Shown here in pieces: positions 54,463-64,000 of a DNA stretch of 64,000 nucleotides. This stretch comes from an uncultured Pseudomonadota bacterium. GTDB lineage: Bacteria > Pseudomonadota > Alphaproteobacteria > Acetobacterales > Acetobacteraceae. The stretch spans positions 22,665-86,664 of the forward strand of contig CAWGIP010000009.1 in assembly GCA_963822675.1 (NCBI GenBank). Reading direction: 5' to 3'. Every line of letters begins with the position of its first letter. The first letter of the stretch is position 1. The notes beneath the pieces are model-generated. The model searched no databases. It saw only the letters and a list, made by a program, of their open reading frames with translations, and was not told where the DNA came from. The position numbers were made by a program, and so were the translations under genes.

Positions 54463-55241
54463 TCAGCGGCGGAAAGGGGGGCGTCGGTCATGCTTTCGCC
54501 TCTGTGTCGCCCTTCCGGAAGCGGCTTCTCCGGCGTCGGATACCTCGACCCACTTCTGGTCTGGAGAGGCCTCGGCGTCGTAGTTGTCGTGCCAGTTCCA
54601 CCACTTGTAGGGTGGGGTCTGGGGATAGCCCTCGGGCGAGTCCTCCCACATCTCCTGGCGACCAAGTGCTGTCATGTCGAGGTAGCTCCAGGTGGTCCCC
54701 ATCGCCTCGTCGCCGCGGCCAGTTGATGAAATAGGTGCGGAAGATGCGTTCGCCATCGCGGATGAAAGCGTTGTGGCCGTGCCATTCATCGACGCCGAAG
54801 TCCGCGTCGAAGCTGTCGGTGATGGTGTACCAGGGCATCTCCCAGCCCATCCGCGCCTTCAGGCGCGCGATGTCGGCCTGGGTCGCGCGCGAGGCGTAGA
54901 CCAGGGTGGTGTCCCGTGCGTTCAGATGCGCGAGGTGGGAGACCTGATCGGCGCCCAGGGAACAGCCGCGGCAGGCGTGGTCGGGCCAGCCGAACACTCC
55001 GGGTTCGAAGAAGGCGCGGTAGACGATCAGCTGGCGGCGGCCCTCGAACAGGTCGAGCAGGCTCACCTTGCCGTTGGGCCCTTCGAACTCGTACGCCTTC
55101 TCGACGGCCATCCATGGCATCCGCCGGCGCTCGGCGGCAAGGGCGTCACGGGCCCGCATGTGGGCCTTTTCCTTCACCAGCATCTGCTGGCGCGCAGCCT
55201 CCCACTCTTGCGGCGACACAATCGGTGGCGTGTTCATGGCG
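54463..55241 (-). CDS. DUF899 thioredoxin-like family protein, paralog 2, one frameshift near 54730
   Basis: MNTPPIVSPQEWEAARQQMLVKEKAH...FEGRRQLIVYRAFF...CRGC...KARMGWEMPWYTITDSFDADF, with the C-terminal tail in ORF 54463-54789. Confidence 0.6.
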
Positions 55242-55576
55242 TGGTGTCCTCGGTCTTGTGAGTTACGAAGTCGAATGTATGAGCGGCGCAGAACCCGTGG
55301 GAGTGACAAGTACGGCGGGATACCGGAGGCGTACTTGACAGGCCGGCGGCGCGCCGAATGGCCCTCCCCGCGGGGGAGCGAGGCCCGGGAACGACAGCGG
55401 CCGGGGCATTGAGATGTGGCCGGGCGGCGCAAGACCGGTCGGCCGGGGAGGGCGGACCTGGTGGCGGACATAGCTGGCGAGGCGGACGATCCACTGGCCT
55501 CCCGTTGGGCGAGCGGAGTTCTCGATAGATATAATAACCATTGACAAGCAGTAATACTAACGCCATCTGGCCCGCC

Positions 55577-56041
55577 ATGCCAGACAGCACCGCCCCGAAC
55601 CACACCGACTTCGCCAGCCAGCTTCCCGCCGACGCCTATTCCGAGCTCATCCGCACGCTGCGTCTGGCGTTGCCGCCGCCGCTTGCGGACAGCTCGGAAA
55701 ATCTGACCCGGCGCGATCACGCCGCCATCGCGCGGATCGCCGCGCTCACTCCGGCGAATGCGGCCGAGGCCGATCTCGCCGCGCTCTATGTCGCTGCCTC
55801 CGAGCAGTGGAAGGACTGTTTGCGCCTGGTCCAGCAGCCGGACATTTCGGAGGACTGGGCCATGAAATGTCGCGCGCAAGCCAACAGCATGATGCGCCAG
55901 GCGCAGAGCGCGCTACGGCTGCTGCTGCGCCTGCAGGCTGCGCGGCAGAAGACGGCGACCCAGCGATCGCGCCGCCTGGACCGAGCATTGTGCCATCGGC
56001 CTGATGGCGCAGGCGCTGTCGCCGCGGCCGGAGGCCGATGA
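55577..56041 (+). CDS. hypothetical protein
   Basis: 154-aa ORF (MPDSTAPNHTDFASQLPADAYSELIRTL...) behind an AT-rich promoter-like island at 55500-55560. No recognisable domain. Confidence 0.35.
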   Translation: MPDSTAPNHTDFASQLPADAYSELIRTLRLALPPPLADSSENLTRRDHAAIARIAALTPANAAEADLAALYVAASEQWKDCLRLVQQPDISEDWAMKCRAQANSMMRQAQSALRLLLRLQAARQKTATQRSRRLDRALCHRPDGAGAVAAAGGR

Positions 56042-56167
56042 CCGAGATGCCGACCCGAGAGGCGGCTAGCGGAACCCGAGAAGGTGGAGCAACCTCGGGT
56101 CGAGCCGGTCCCTGCCGAGGCATGCGCATCCGACTATCCGCAAGGGGCCGGGCTGCCCTCACCCGGT

Positions 56168-56205
56168 TCGCGCCGCTAACCGACCTCTCCCACACGTGGG
56201 AGAGG
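56168..56205. repeat. REP-like GC-rich hairpin (acctctcccacacgtgggagaggt)
   Basis: About 10-bp stem palindrome in the intergenic region, the same general class as the elements at 13046 and 32828. Confidence 0.4.
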
Positions 56206-56370
56206 TGAGCAGGGACGTTCGATCCACTCAGGCTACGGGCGCTCTAATGGGCACGCGGCTGGACCGCCCGATCTGTCTCGCGTACAGCGAAACGAGACAG
56301 CGATGAGACGAGGCTTCCCGACTGGAGGCGAACTGGATAGGGCTGTTATCGACGGCCGATCCGCCGCACC

Positions 56371-57060
56371 TCAACCCGTGCTGGCTTCCGCCAGCGCCGT
56401 CAGCTCCCGCCGCACCGCCTCCGTGGTCGATACCGGCGCGGACCACGGCACCCGGATGACGCGCTCGCCTTGCGCCACGTCGCAGCCATCCACGTCCAGC
56501 GCCACCATGCGCCACTCGCCGTCTTGCCCGACAATGGCCGACAGCGCGTCGGCGTGATCCGCGTTCATGTGCGCGCATATCCCGGCCTCGGCCGCTGCGA
56601 TCGCCGCCGCCGAAGCGGGATCGGGCGTGAGGTCGGCGGTGCGCAAGCGGGCCGCCTTGCCAAAACCACCGACGAACAGCCCGCCTTGCGGACGCACTCG
56701 CCAAAGGTGGAAATCCGCAAACCCGGCGTAGAGAGTGGCGTAAGGATGCAAGGCCAGGTAGCGCGCCCGCAGCGCCTCGTCGGGCTCGACCAGCTCCGCC
56801 AAGCCGGTGACGGTCACGCGGGGGGCGGTCTGCGGGTTCGTCTCCTCCGGCGCGGCTACAACCATGATCGCGCAGCGCGGATCGGCGTGCAGGTGTCGCG
56901 TGTGCTCGGACAACTCCGACAACAACATCAGCACCGACAGATCCGGCGCCGTCGCCGGTGTCACCAGCGAGGCGAAGGGCTGGCCCTGCGCCGTGGTCGC
57001 CAGTGTCCCCGACCGCCCGGCACGTAGAAGCTTTCGGCCCTGCCAAGCTGATTCACTCAT
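56371..57060 (-). CDS. HugZ-like / pyridoxamine 5'-phosphate oxidase-related protein with DUF2470 C-terminal domain
   Basis: [33 protein letters not shown] (PNPOx split barrel) ... C-terminal DUF2470-like. The upstream 70-aa extension of the ORF was rejected. Confidence 0.55.
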   Translation of the reverse strand: MSESAWQGRKLLRAGRSGTLATTAQGQPFASLVTPATAPDLSVLMLLSELSEHTRHLHADPRCAIMVVAAPEETNPQTAPRVTVTGLAELVEPDEALRARYLALHPYATLYAGFADFHLWRVRPQGGLFVGGFGKAARLRTADLTPDPASAAAIAAAEAGICAHMNADHADALSAIVGQDGEWRMVALDVDGCDVAQGERVIRVPWSAPVSTTEAVRRELTALAEASTG

Positions 57061-57178
57061 TGTCCATCCTTCTCCCGATCCGGCCGGGGGACTATCGCCG
57101 TTGGCGCGGGATTGCCATAGTGAGGTCCACCGGATTTCCCCGCTCGCGTCCGAATTTGGCCTGTCAAGGAAAGGCTCG

Positions 57179-57880
57179 ATGAAGCAGACCATCGCCCTGG
57201 TCGACGACGACCGCAACATCCTGACCAGCGTCGCGATGACGCTTGAACAGGAGGGCTTCCAGGTCCGCACCTACACCGACGGCGAGAGTGCCCTGCAAGG
57301 ACTGACCTCCCGGCCGGTGGACCTCGCCGTCCTTGATATCAAGATGCCGCGCATGGACGGGATGGAGCTGCTGCAACGGCTGCGCCAACGCAGCACCATG
57401 CCGGTGATCTTTCTCACCTCTAAGGATGAGGAGGTGGACGAGCTGATGGGACTGCGGCTCGGTGCTGACGACTACATTACCAAACCGTTCAGCCAGCGCC
57501 TGCTGCTCGAGCGCATCCGCGCCTTGCTGCGTCGGAATGAGGCGTCACGGGCGGAGGGATCGGGCGCCGCGCCGGGCGGCGTGATGGTGCGCGGCGACCT
57601 CGTGCTGGACGAGACCAAGCACCAATGCATCTGGCGAGGCCAGGACATCCAGCTGACCGTGACCGAGTTCCTGCTTGTCAAGGCGCTCGCAGCCCGCCCC
57701 GGCATGGTAAAAAGCCGCGACCAGCTTATCGACGCCGCCTATGGCGAGAATATCTACGTTGACGACCGCACGATCGATAGTCACGTGAAGAGAATACGCA
57801 AGAAGTTCCGTTCAGTTGACGACAGCTTCAACCACATCGAGACTCTCTACGGCATCGGTTACCGCTACAAGGAGCATTAG
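57179..57880 (+). CDS. chvI: two-component response regulator ChvI (OmpR family)
   Basis: [18 protein letters not shown]...[14 protein letters not shown] receiver; winged-helix C-terminus ...[10 protein letters not shown]. Confidence 0.9.
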   Translation: MKQTIALVDDDRNILTSVAMTLEQEGFQVRTYTDGESALQGLTSRPVDLAVLDIKMPRMDGMELLQRLRQRSTMPVIFLTSKDEEVDELMGLRLGADDYITKPFSQRLLLERIRALLRRNEASRAEGSGAAPGGVMVRGDLVLDETKHQCIWRGQDIQLTVTEFLLVKALAARPGMVKSRDQLIDAAYGENIYVDDRTIDSHVKRIRKKFRSVDDSFNHIETLYGIGYRYKEH

Positions 57881-57970
57881 CCGGCTCGCCGGCTGGAGCT
57901 TCCGCCGGCGGCAACTCCGGCGCTGCCGCGGGGCAGCGCAAAGCGCCTACGACCGCGCCTGGTCTCCCCG

Positions 57971-59577
57971 TTGCTGCGGCGCATTCTGATGGTAAACGCG
58001 TTGCCGCTGTTGCTGCTTGTGGCCGCCCTGCTCTATCTCGACCAGTACCAGAACGGCCTTCTGGAGGCCGAAGTCCTCGCGTTGAGGGAGCAGGCCAGCA
58101 TCTATGCCGGCGCGCTCGCCGAGAGCGCGGTGGATATGATCAACGCGCGGCAGCCGAAGCTGGTCCCGGCGGTTGCCCGCAACCTGCTCTATCGGCTGAC
58201 CGAACCTACGCCGGACGCGGACGCCAAGCTCTACGCGCCGGATGGTACGCTGATCGCCGATTTACGGGTGCGTCAGGGACCGACCGGGCGCGAGAGCGCC
58301 GCCCCTCTGCCACCGGCCGCGGCGCATGCCCCATTCTGGCGGCGATAGGCTGGGTGTACGACAAGGTTCTGGCGCTCGTTCCGGCCAAGGCGCCCACACG
58401 CATCGATTTGAGCCCGGGCGGCGCGGGGCCCGAGTGGCAACCCGACGTGAAGGAGGAACTCCGGCTGTCGAGTTCCGACCAGAGCCGGGAAATGCCGCCC
58501 TATATCAGGCGCACAATCGAGGATCAGTTATTGGTGACAGTGGCCGAGCCGGTTGAGCGCGACAAGCACACCGTCGGCATCATTCTGTTGACCCGCGAGG
58601 CGCGGGAAGTTGACCAGAGCCTGTTCGTCGTGCGGATGTCGATCGTCGGGCTGTTCTGCCTCGCCCTCGCGCTCACTGTTCTGCTCTCGCTCTATCTGTC
58701 GCGGACGATCGCCCGGCCGATCCTGAAGCTGGCCGAGTCCGCTGCGGAGATGCGTGAAGGGCAGGGGCGGACCGGCAGCGTGCCGCGCCGCCTGCTCGAT
58801 CGCCGCGACGAGGTGGGGACGTTGGCCGGCGCGCTGGCGGACTCGGCCGCCGCACTGTGGCATCGCATGGACGCGATCGAGCGTTTCGCCGCTGACGTCG
58901 CGCACGAAATCAAGAATCCGCTATCATCGATCCGTAGCGCCATCGAGACACTACGCCGGATAGAAGACCCGGTACGGCAAAAGCAGCTCCTTTCGATTAT
59001 CACCGATGATGTGACCCGGCTCGATCGGCTGATCAGCGACGTCTCCGATGCTTCGCGCGTGGACGCCGAATTGTCGCGCATCGCCACCGAACGGGTGGAT
59101 GTCGCGCCGATCCTGGCTGCGCTGAAAGACCTGCACGATGCCACACGAGGCGAGAACGATCCGCACATCGAGCTTCTGGCGCCGGAAAACGGTCTGGTGG
59201 TTCGCGGGGTCGAGGACCGGCTGGTTCAGGTATTCCGAAACCTCATCAGCAATGCCGAGTTGTTCAGCCCGCCGCGTGGTCGCATCCGCGTGACGGCGCA
59301 GGAGGACGCGAGCATGGTAGAGATCACGGTTGATGATGAGGGGCCCGGCATTCCCGAAGGCAAGCTCGACCAGATCTTCGATCGGTTCTATTCGGAACGG
59401 CCGAAGGACGAGCGCTTCGGCCAACACTCCGGGCTAGGGCTTTCGATCAGCAGACAAATTGTTGAGGCGTTGCGCGGCCGGATCACCGCCGACAATCGCC
59501 GGGCCATGGGCGGGCGCATCCTTGGCGCCCGCTTCGTGGTTCGGCTGCCGCGGGCCGGGCCATCGGGCGAGCGGTAG
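57971..59577 (+). CDS. chvG: sensor histidine kinase ChvG/ExoS, one frameshift near 58340; start uncertain (57893-57971, non-ATG)
   Basis: Periplasmic sensor region after a TM helix (LLRRILMVNALPLLLLVAALLYL). Second TM, HAMP, H-box ADVAHEIKNPLSSIRSA, and G-box GLGLSISRQIVEA in ORF 58354-59577. Confidence 0.8.
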
Positions 59578-59659
59578 TCTTGTTAGCAATAAACGACTGA
59601 TTTGTGATCGAACGCGGCAATCTGGTTTCCCGTTCAGTCCACGAAGGAGAGACGTGTCA

Positions 59660-59749
59660 TGCTCGAAAGTCTTTTGCGCCTGCTTGGACTGCTGCCAGCG
59701 GAGCGACTGAAGCCGATTCCCGTTCCTGTCCGGCGCCCGCCGCGGTGAT
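59660..59749 (+). CDS. small ORF (29 aa, MLESLLRLLGLLPAERLKPIPVPVRRPPR) with a strong Shine-Dalgarno
   Basis: gaaggagagacgtgtc ATG, between chvG and the flagellar genes. No homolog recognised. Confidence 0.25.
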
Positions 59750-59829
59750 GCGGAACCGGGCCTTGCTGTTGCGAGGCGGTGCAAAGTGGTCCAGCCACCC
59801 TTCGGCTCGCAACGCGAGTTCCTCTCAGC

Positions 59830-60595
59830 TCAGTTGCCGAGCGAGCGCACCGAGCCGAAGCTCACCGGCAGCGTCCCGAACATCAGTTGCATCCCGTTGC
59901 TCGCCGTGCCCTGCACGCCCGTCACCGTGCCCGTTACCGTGAACGGCAATGGCGAGGTGGTGCCGTCCTGGTTCGCGCCGATAACGGCGATGTTGTAGGC
60001 GCCGTCCGGCACCGAATTGCCTGAATTGTCCGTGCCGTCCCAGCTCCAGTTATTCTGTCCCGCTGTGGCATTGAGGGTCACGTCGCGCACTGGCTGACCC
60101 TGGCTGTTGCTGATGGCGATGGCCACGGGCTCGGCCGCGGTGGTGGTAAATTGCACCGCGCCTGAGCCGTTCTGCAGCGGGATCTGGTCCCGACTGCACT
60201 GTTAGCTGCTTGCCATCCAGAGTGGAGCCCTGCATCAGCTCGCCTGCCTGCGTTAGCTGGATCAGCTGTGTCAGGCTCGAGTTGGTATTGATTTGCTGCT
60301 CGACGCCGGAGAACTCGACCAGTTCCTGCGTGAACTGATTGCTGTCCATCGGACTGGTCGGATCCTGGTTCTGCAATTGCGTCATCAACATGTTCAGGAA
60401 CGTGGAAAAGTTGTTGGACAGCGAGGCGAGCGCGTTCTGACCGGCTTGTGCGGCGGTCGCAGCGGACGATCCCGACGTGGAAGAGGATGCGCCAGAACCT
60501 GCCGGCGCGGAGTTGCTGGCATTGGGATTTGCCGCCGCGTTCATAGCCGCGGCAAGCGCATTGCTTTGCTGCTGGGCGACGGAGGCAAGGCTCAT
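59830..60595 (-). CDS. flgD: flagellar hook capping/assembly protein FlgD, one frameshift near 60170
   Basis: N-terminal FSTFLNMLMTQLQNQDPTSPMDSNQFTQELVEFSGVEQ. C-terminal Ig-like WSWDGTDNSGNSVPDGAYNI in ORF 59830-60156. Confidence 0.8.
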
Positions 60596-60612
60596 CGGGA
60601 GAACTCCATTGC

Positions 60613-62044
60613 TTATGCGGTGATGTCGAGGCCGGTGCTGAGGCGGTGAATGACGCCCGGAACGCGGAGCTGGCGCGCAGCGCGGCCTCCGTTGGGTTCG
60701 GCGCCGCCTTGCCGGCCAGATCTCCAGTCGGCCGGCATCGCGCGACTGTGGCCGCCGCCGCGATCCCCGGCTGCGGGCCGGTCACTGTCGCTAAGCTGGA
60801 AGCTGAGCGTCCGACCTTCGGCGGGCACCCCGGCGCGGTCTAGCGCGGTGTGCAACGCGGGCTGGTCGCGCATCAGTAACGCGAGAGCCTCGGGTCGCTC
60901 GACACTGATTTCGATATGCGCGGTCGTGTTGCCGGCCCGCTCCAGCTTTATCTGCACCATCCCCAGATCCGGCGGATCGAGTCGCACGTAAGCTGCGACG
61001 CTCCGGCGCGGCCGGTGGCGAGCGATACCAGCGCGGGCGCAATCTGAGCGGGCGCAGAGGCATGCTGAAGGATTGGCTGCCCGTCATGCGACGCCGCTTG
61101 CGTCGCGCCCGCATGTGGGATCGCTTGGCGGTCTGCGGACGGGGGGGCCGGGGTCGACGGGGAGGCAACCGGGCTGGCGGCTTGGGTCGCGTTCACCGGC
61201 GTCTGGGTGGAAGCGGGAGCCACGCTCGGCGCACCGGACTGCGTTGGGGTTACAGCCCCGCCCGTCGGTGCCGACATCTCTTTGCCCGATTGTGCCGTCG
61301 CCGTGATCGGTGCCTCTCTCGCGGCGGACGGCCTCACCTCCTGGACACCGGCCGAAGAAGTCGGCCCCGGGGCGAGCGTTTCGGCGGCCCTGTCCGGCAA
61401 TGGCATTGCAAGAGCCTGCGGGATATCGGCAGCGGCGATTTGGGCCGCAGTCATCTCACAAGCGGGCGGTTGCTGCTCCTTCGCAAACGCCGTCGTATCG
61501 TCCGCAATCTTGGCAGAGGTAGACACTCGCTCCGGATGGGTTGTTGGGATTGGCCGACCTGTCGGCGCGCGGGGCGCCTCAGTCGGGCTTGCAGGAGAGC
61601 CGGCGCCAGGCTCCGCTCCGGGGCTGGTTACGCCTGGCGGTAGTGTCGGGACCGACGCAACCGGCTGCGGGGACGGAGCGGCCTCTCCGGACGAGCTCAT
61701 TGTCCGGCGGTGGAGCTGTGCGGGACGGGCTTCCCGTTGGCGCTTGGGCGCATAGTGCAGGCGGCGGGAGTGTTGGCGCTCGCAATCGTCGGTCCTGCAC
61801 GCGGATTTTTCGCCGCCGCGGGCGTTTGTGCTTGAGCGGCCGGCATGGGCTGCAGAGTATTAGGGCTGATCCTGGAACCGCTGATCGGCAGGCCCGGCCT
61901 GCCGACGCCCGCGTCCGGGCTGGCGAGTGCCTCGGCCAAGCTGCCGCGGAACGACAGGCCCGGGTCCGACGCCCGGCCGTCTTGCGTCGGCGGCTGGGGC
62001 ACACTCGGCATGGCAGGCGCGATCGCGGGTGCAGCTGTTGGCAT
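60613..62044 (-). CDS. fliK: flagellar hook-length control protein FliK (Pro/Ala-rich, C-terminal Flg_hook domain), frame-disrupted; N-terminal boundary approximate
   Basis: C-terminal domain MRLDPPDLGMVQIKLERAGNTTAHIEISVERPEALALL (ORF 60613-60987). Pro/Ala/Thr-rich middle and N-terminal regions in ORFs 60948-61700 and 61697-62044. Confidence 0.65.
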
Positions 62045-62288
62045 TCCGGAACTCTCCGCGCCCTCGTAGGCAAGTTCCAGGCCATTTGCCGATGAGCGCG
62101 AACCGGCTCGTTCAACGCTGCGCTCGGCAATATCTGCCCGGCGCGGATTGCCGGGCTGCTCGCACTGAAGCTTCCGGTGCCGAGCGCCGGCGAAGCTAAA
62201 CGGCAGGTACAGGCTGACAGGTCGCTGGCATATTTCGTGCTTCTGGCGGCGTGGTTAGCTCAGGCTCGGTTCGCCTCCGGAGATCGGC

Positions 62289-63561
62289 ATGTCCTTGTTC
62301 GGCGCGCTCAACACGGCAGTAAGCGGGCTCTCTTCCCAGTCCGCCGCATTCGGCAATATCAGCGACAATGTCGCGAACAGCCAGACCGTTGGGTTCAAGG
62401 GCACGGACACCAGCTTCATCGACTATCTGACGACCAGCACAAGCCAGGACAACGAACCGGGCGCCGTGACCGCGCACCCCGACTACACGAATGAGGTTCA
62501 GGGCACGATCACGCAGAGCTCCGATCCACTGGCGCTTGCGATCAACGGTCAGGGCTTTTTCGCGGTCGCCGAGTCTGACGGGACAGTAAGCGGGACCAAC
62601 GCCCCGACCTTCAACCCGGAGACGTTCTACACCCGGGCCGGCGATTTCAGTCTTGACCAGAACGGCTATCTGGTGAACAGCGCCGGCGAGTATCTGAAAG
62701 GTTGGTCCGCGAACAGCGGCACCGGCGCCGTAAACCAGTCGCAAGTGACGCCGATCCAGGTGCCAGAAACACAGTTGCCACCGGTCGCGACTTCGCAGGT
62801 AACAATAGCTGCGAACCTGCCGACCACGCAGCCCGCCGGCACGCCCGCCACCTCGCAGGTGCAGGTGTACGATGCGCTAGGCAATACGCATGCGGTCACA
62901 ATGAGCTGGGCGCAAAGCACAACCAATCCTTCCGACTGGACCTTGACCGTCAGCGATGGCACTAACAGCACGCAAGCGAACGTCCAATTTGCCGCCACTG
63001 GCCCGACGGCCGGCACGATGAGCTCGGTTTCATACGGAACGCCCGCGACACTGATCACGAGCGGGGCGGCGGCGATACCCGTGACCACAAGCTTCGGCTC
63101 GTTCACGCTTAATCTTGGCACGATCGGGCAGGGGAATGGCGTCACGCAACTCGCCGCCAGCCAGTACAGCCTGACTAACCTGACGCAGAACGGGCTTCCT
63201 CCCGGCAGCTACACGGGCGTCAGTATCACGCAGTCCGGCAACGTGGTAGCCAATTACAGCAACGGGCAAAGCCAGACCGTAGCGCAGGTGCCGCTGATCA
63301 CGTTCGCCAACGCGGACGCTTTGCAACGCCAGAACGGCCAAGCATTCACCGCCACGCAAGACTCGGGTAACGCCGGTTTCGCAAAGCGCGGGCTCGCAAG
63401 CGGCGGGCACCCTCGTCACGGGATCAGTGGAAGGCTCGAATGTTGATATCGCCACCGAGTTCAGCAAGTTGATCGTTGCGCAGGAGGCGTATAGCGCGAA
63501 CGCCAAGGTGGTGACGACCGCGAATAATCTGTTGCAAACAACCATAAACATGCAGACCTGA
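62289..63561 (+). CDS. flgE: flagellar hook protein FlgE, one frameshift near 63400
   Basis: N-terminus MSLFGALNTAVSGLSSQSAAFGNISDNVANSQTVGFK. C-terminus ...GSVEGSNVDIATEFSKLIVAQEAYSANAKVVTTANNLLQTTINMQT* is in the next frame. Confidence 0.85.
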
Positions 63562-63577
63562 CCAACGAGGCTGACCA

Positions 63578-64000
63578 ATGAGCGTGGGCAGCATCAGTCT
63601 GGACGGCGCGCTTTCTATCGCGAGCAGCGGGATCGCCAACATCAGCGCGCAACTCGCGCTAGTCTCGCACAATGTGGCCAACGCCAGTACGCCCGACTAC
63701 GCCGTCGAGATCGGCAACCAGCAATCGGTCAGTGCTGGTGGGATCGGCATGGGCGTGGCCACCGACCCTGCGACCCGCGCCACCGACGCCGCGCTCCAGG
63801 CCAGTCTTCTCGGACAGAATGCTGCAGTTTCCGGGCTGCAGACGCAGCAAACGGCGATGCAGGCCATCGCATCCGTGCAGGGAACGCCGGGCCAGGGCCA
63901 GGATCTCGCCAGCATGCTCGGCAACCTCCAGGACGCGTTCTCGACGCTGCTGACCGATCCCTCCAACGCCGCGCAGCAGAGCGCTGTCGTGAGTGCGGCG
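63578..64000 (+). CDS. flgK: flagellar hook-associated protein FlgK (HAP1), N-terminal part (3' end outside window)
   Basis: MSVGSISLDGALSIASSGIANISAQLALVSHNVANASTPDY, the rod/hook family N-terminal motif. Confidence 0.8.
   Translation, partial: MSVGSISLDGALSIASSGIANISAQLALVSHNVANASTPDYAVEIGNQQSVSAGGIGMGVATDPATRATDAALQASLLGQNAAVSGLQTQQTAMQAIASVQGTPGQGQDLASMLGNLQDAFSTLLTDPSNAAQQSAVVSAA

Noticed and set aside
56205-56245. tRNA-like T-loop (gttcgatcc) after the REP hairpin at about 56220
   Set aside because: No complementary T-stem, acceptor stem or anticodon arm could be built around it.

Overview
This is a high-GC (about 65-70 %) chromosomal segment that looks alphaproteobacterial. It runs from the tail of the Tol-Pal cluster (cpoB-tilS-ftsH) to a flagellar hook module (fliK-flgD / flgE-flgK). 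From left to right it carries the following. (1) A frame-disrupted type I secretion locus (HAF-like repeat protein, HlyB-type ABC transporter, HlyD). (2) An enoyl-CoA hydratase plus epoxide hydrolase pair bracketed by two copies of a ~150-bp repeat. (3) A conserved housekeeping block: lgt, hldD, ubiK, ybjN-like, proC, GST, lpxI, gloA. (4) A hydrolase and molybdoenzyme island: gluconolactonase/isochorismatase-like, MBL lactonase-like, amidohydrolase-2, coxMSL-like xanthine-dehydrogenase-family enzyme with coxD/coxE accessory genes, and two SRPBCC genes. (5) A ~1046-aa flotillin homologue swollen by ~132-bp tandem repeats. (6) UPF0261, a Liv-type ABC importer and a TRZ/ATZ amidohydrolase. (7) A ~1180-aa wHTH-adenylate cyclase-STAND-TPR regulator, a Tat-secreted hydrolase, secB, a SARP-like regulator, murA and dcd. 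(8) An IS5-family element with clear inverted repeats next to an IS1595 transposase remnant. (9) A racemase, yciI, tandem DUF899 genes, a HugZ-like gene and chvI-chvG. A large fraction of genes, including essential ones, need 1-nt frame corrections to give a full-length product. This argues for indel errors in the sequence rather than mass pseudogenisation, though real decay cannot be excluded. Non-coding structure includes GC-rich REP/BIME-like palindromes (one pair inserted inside a conserved methyltransferase gene), a G-rich quadruplex-prone tract, a (TATTA)4 microsatellite and small repeat-containing ORFs. No CRISPR array, rRNA or convincing tRNA was seen.
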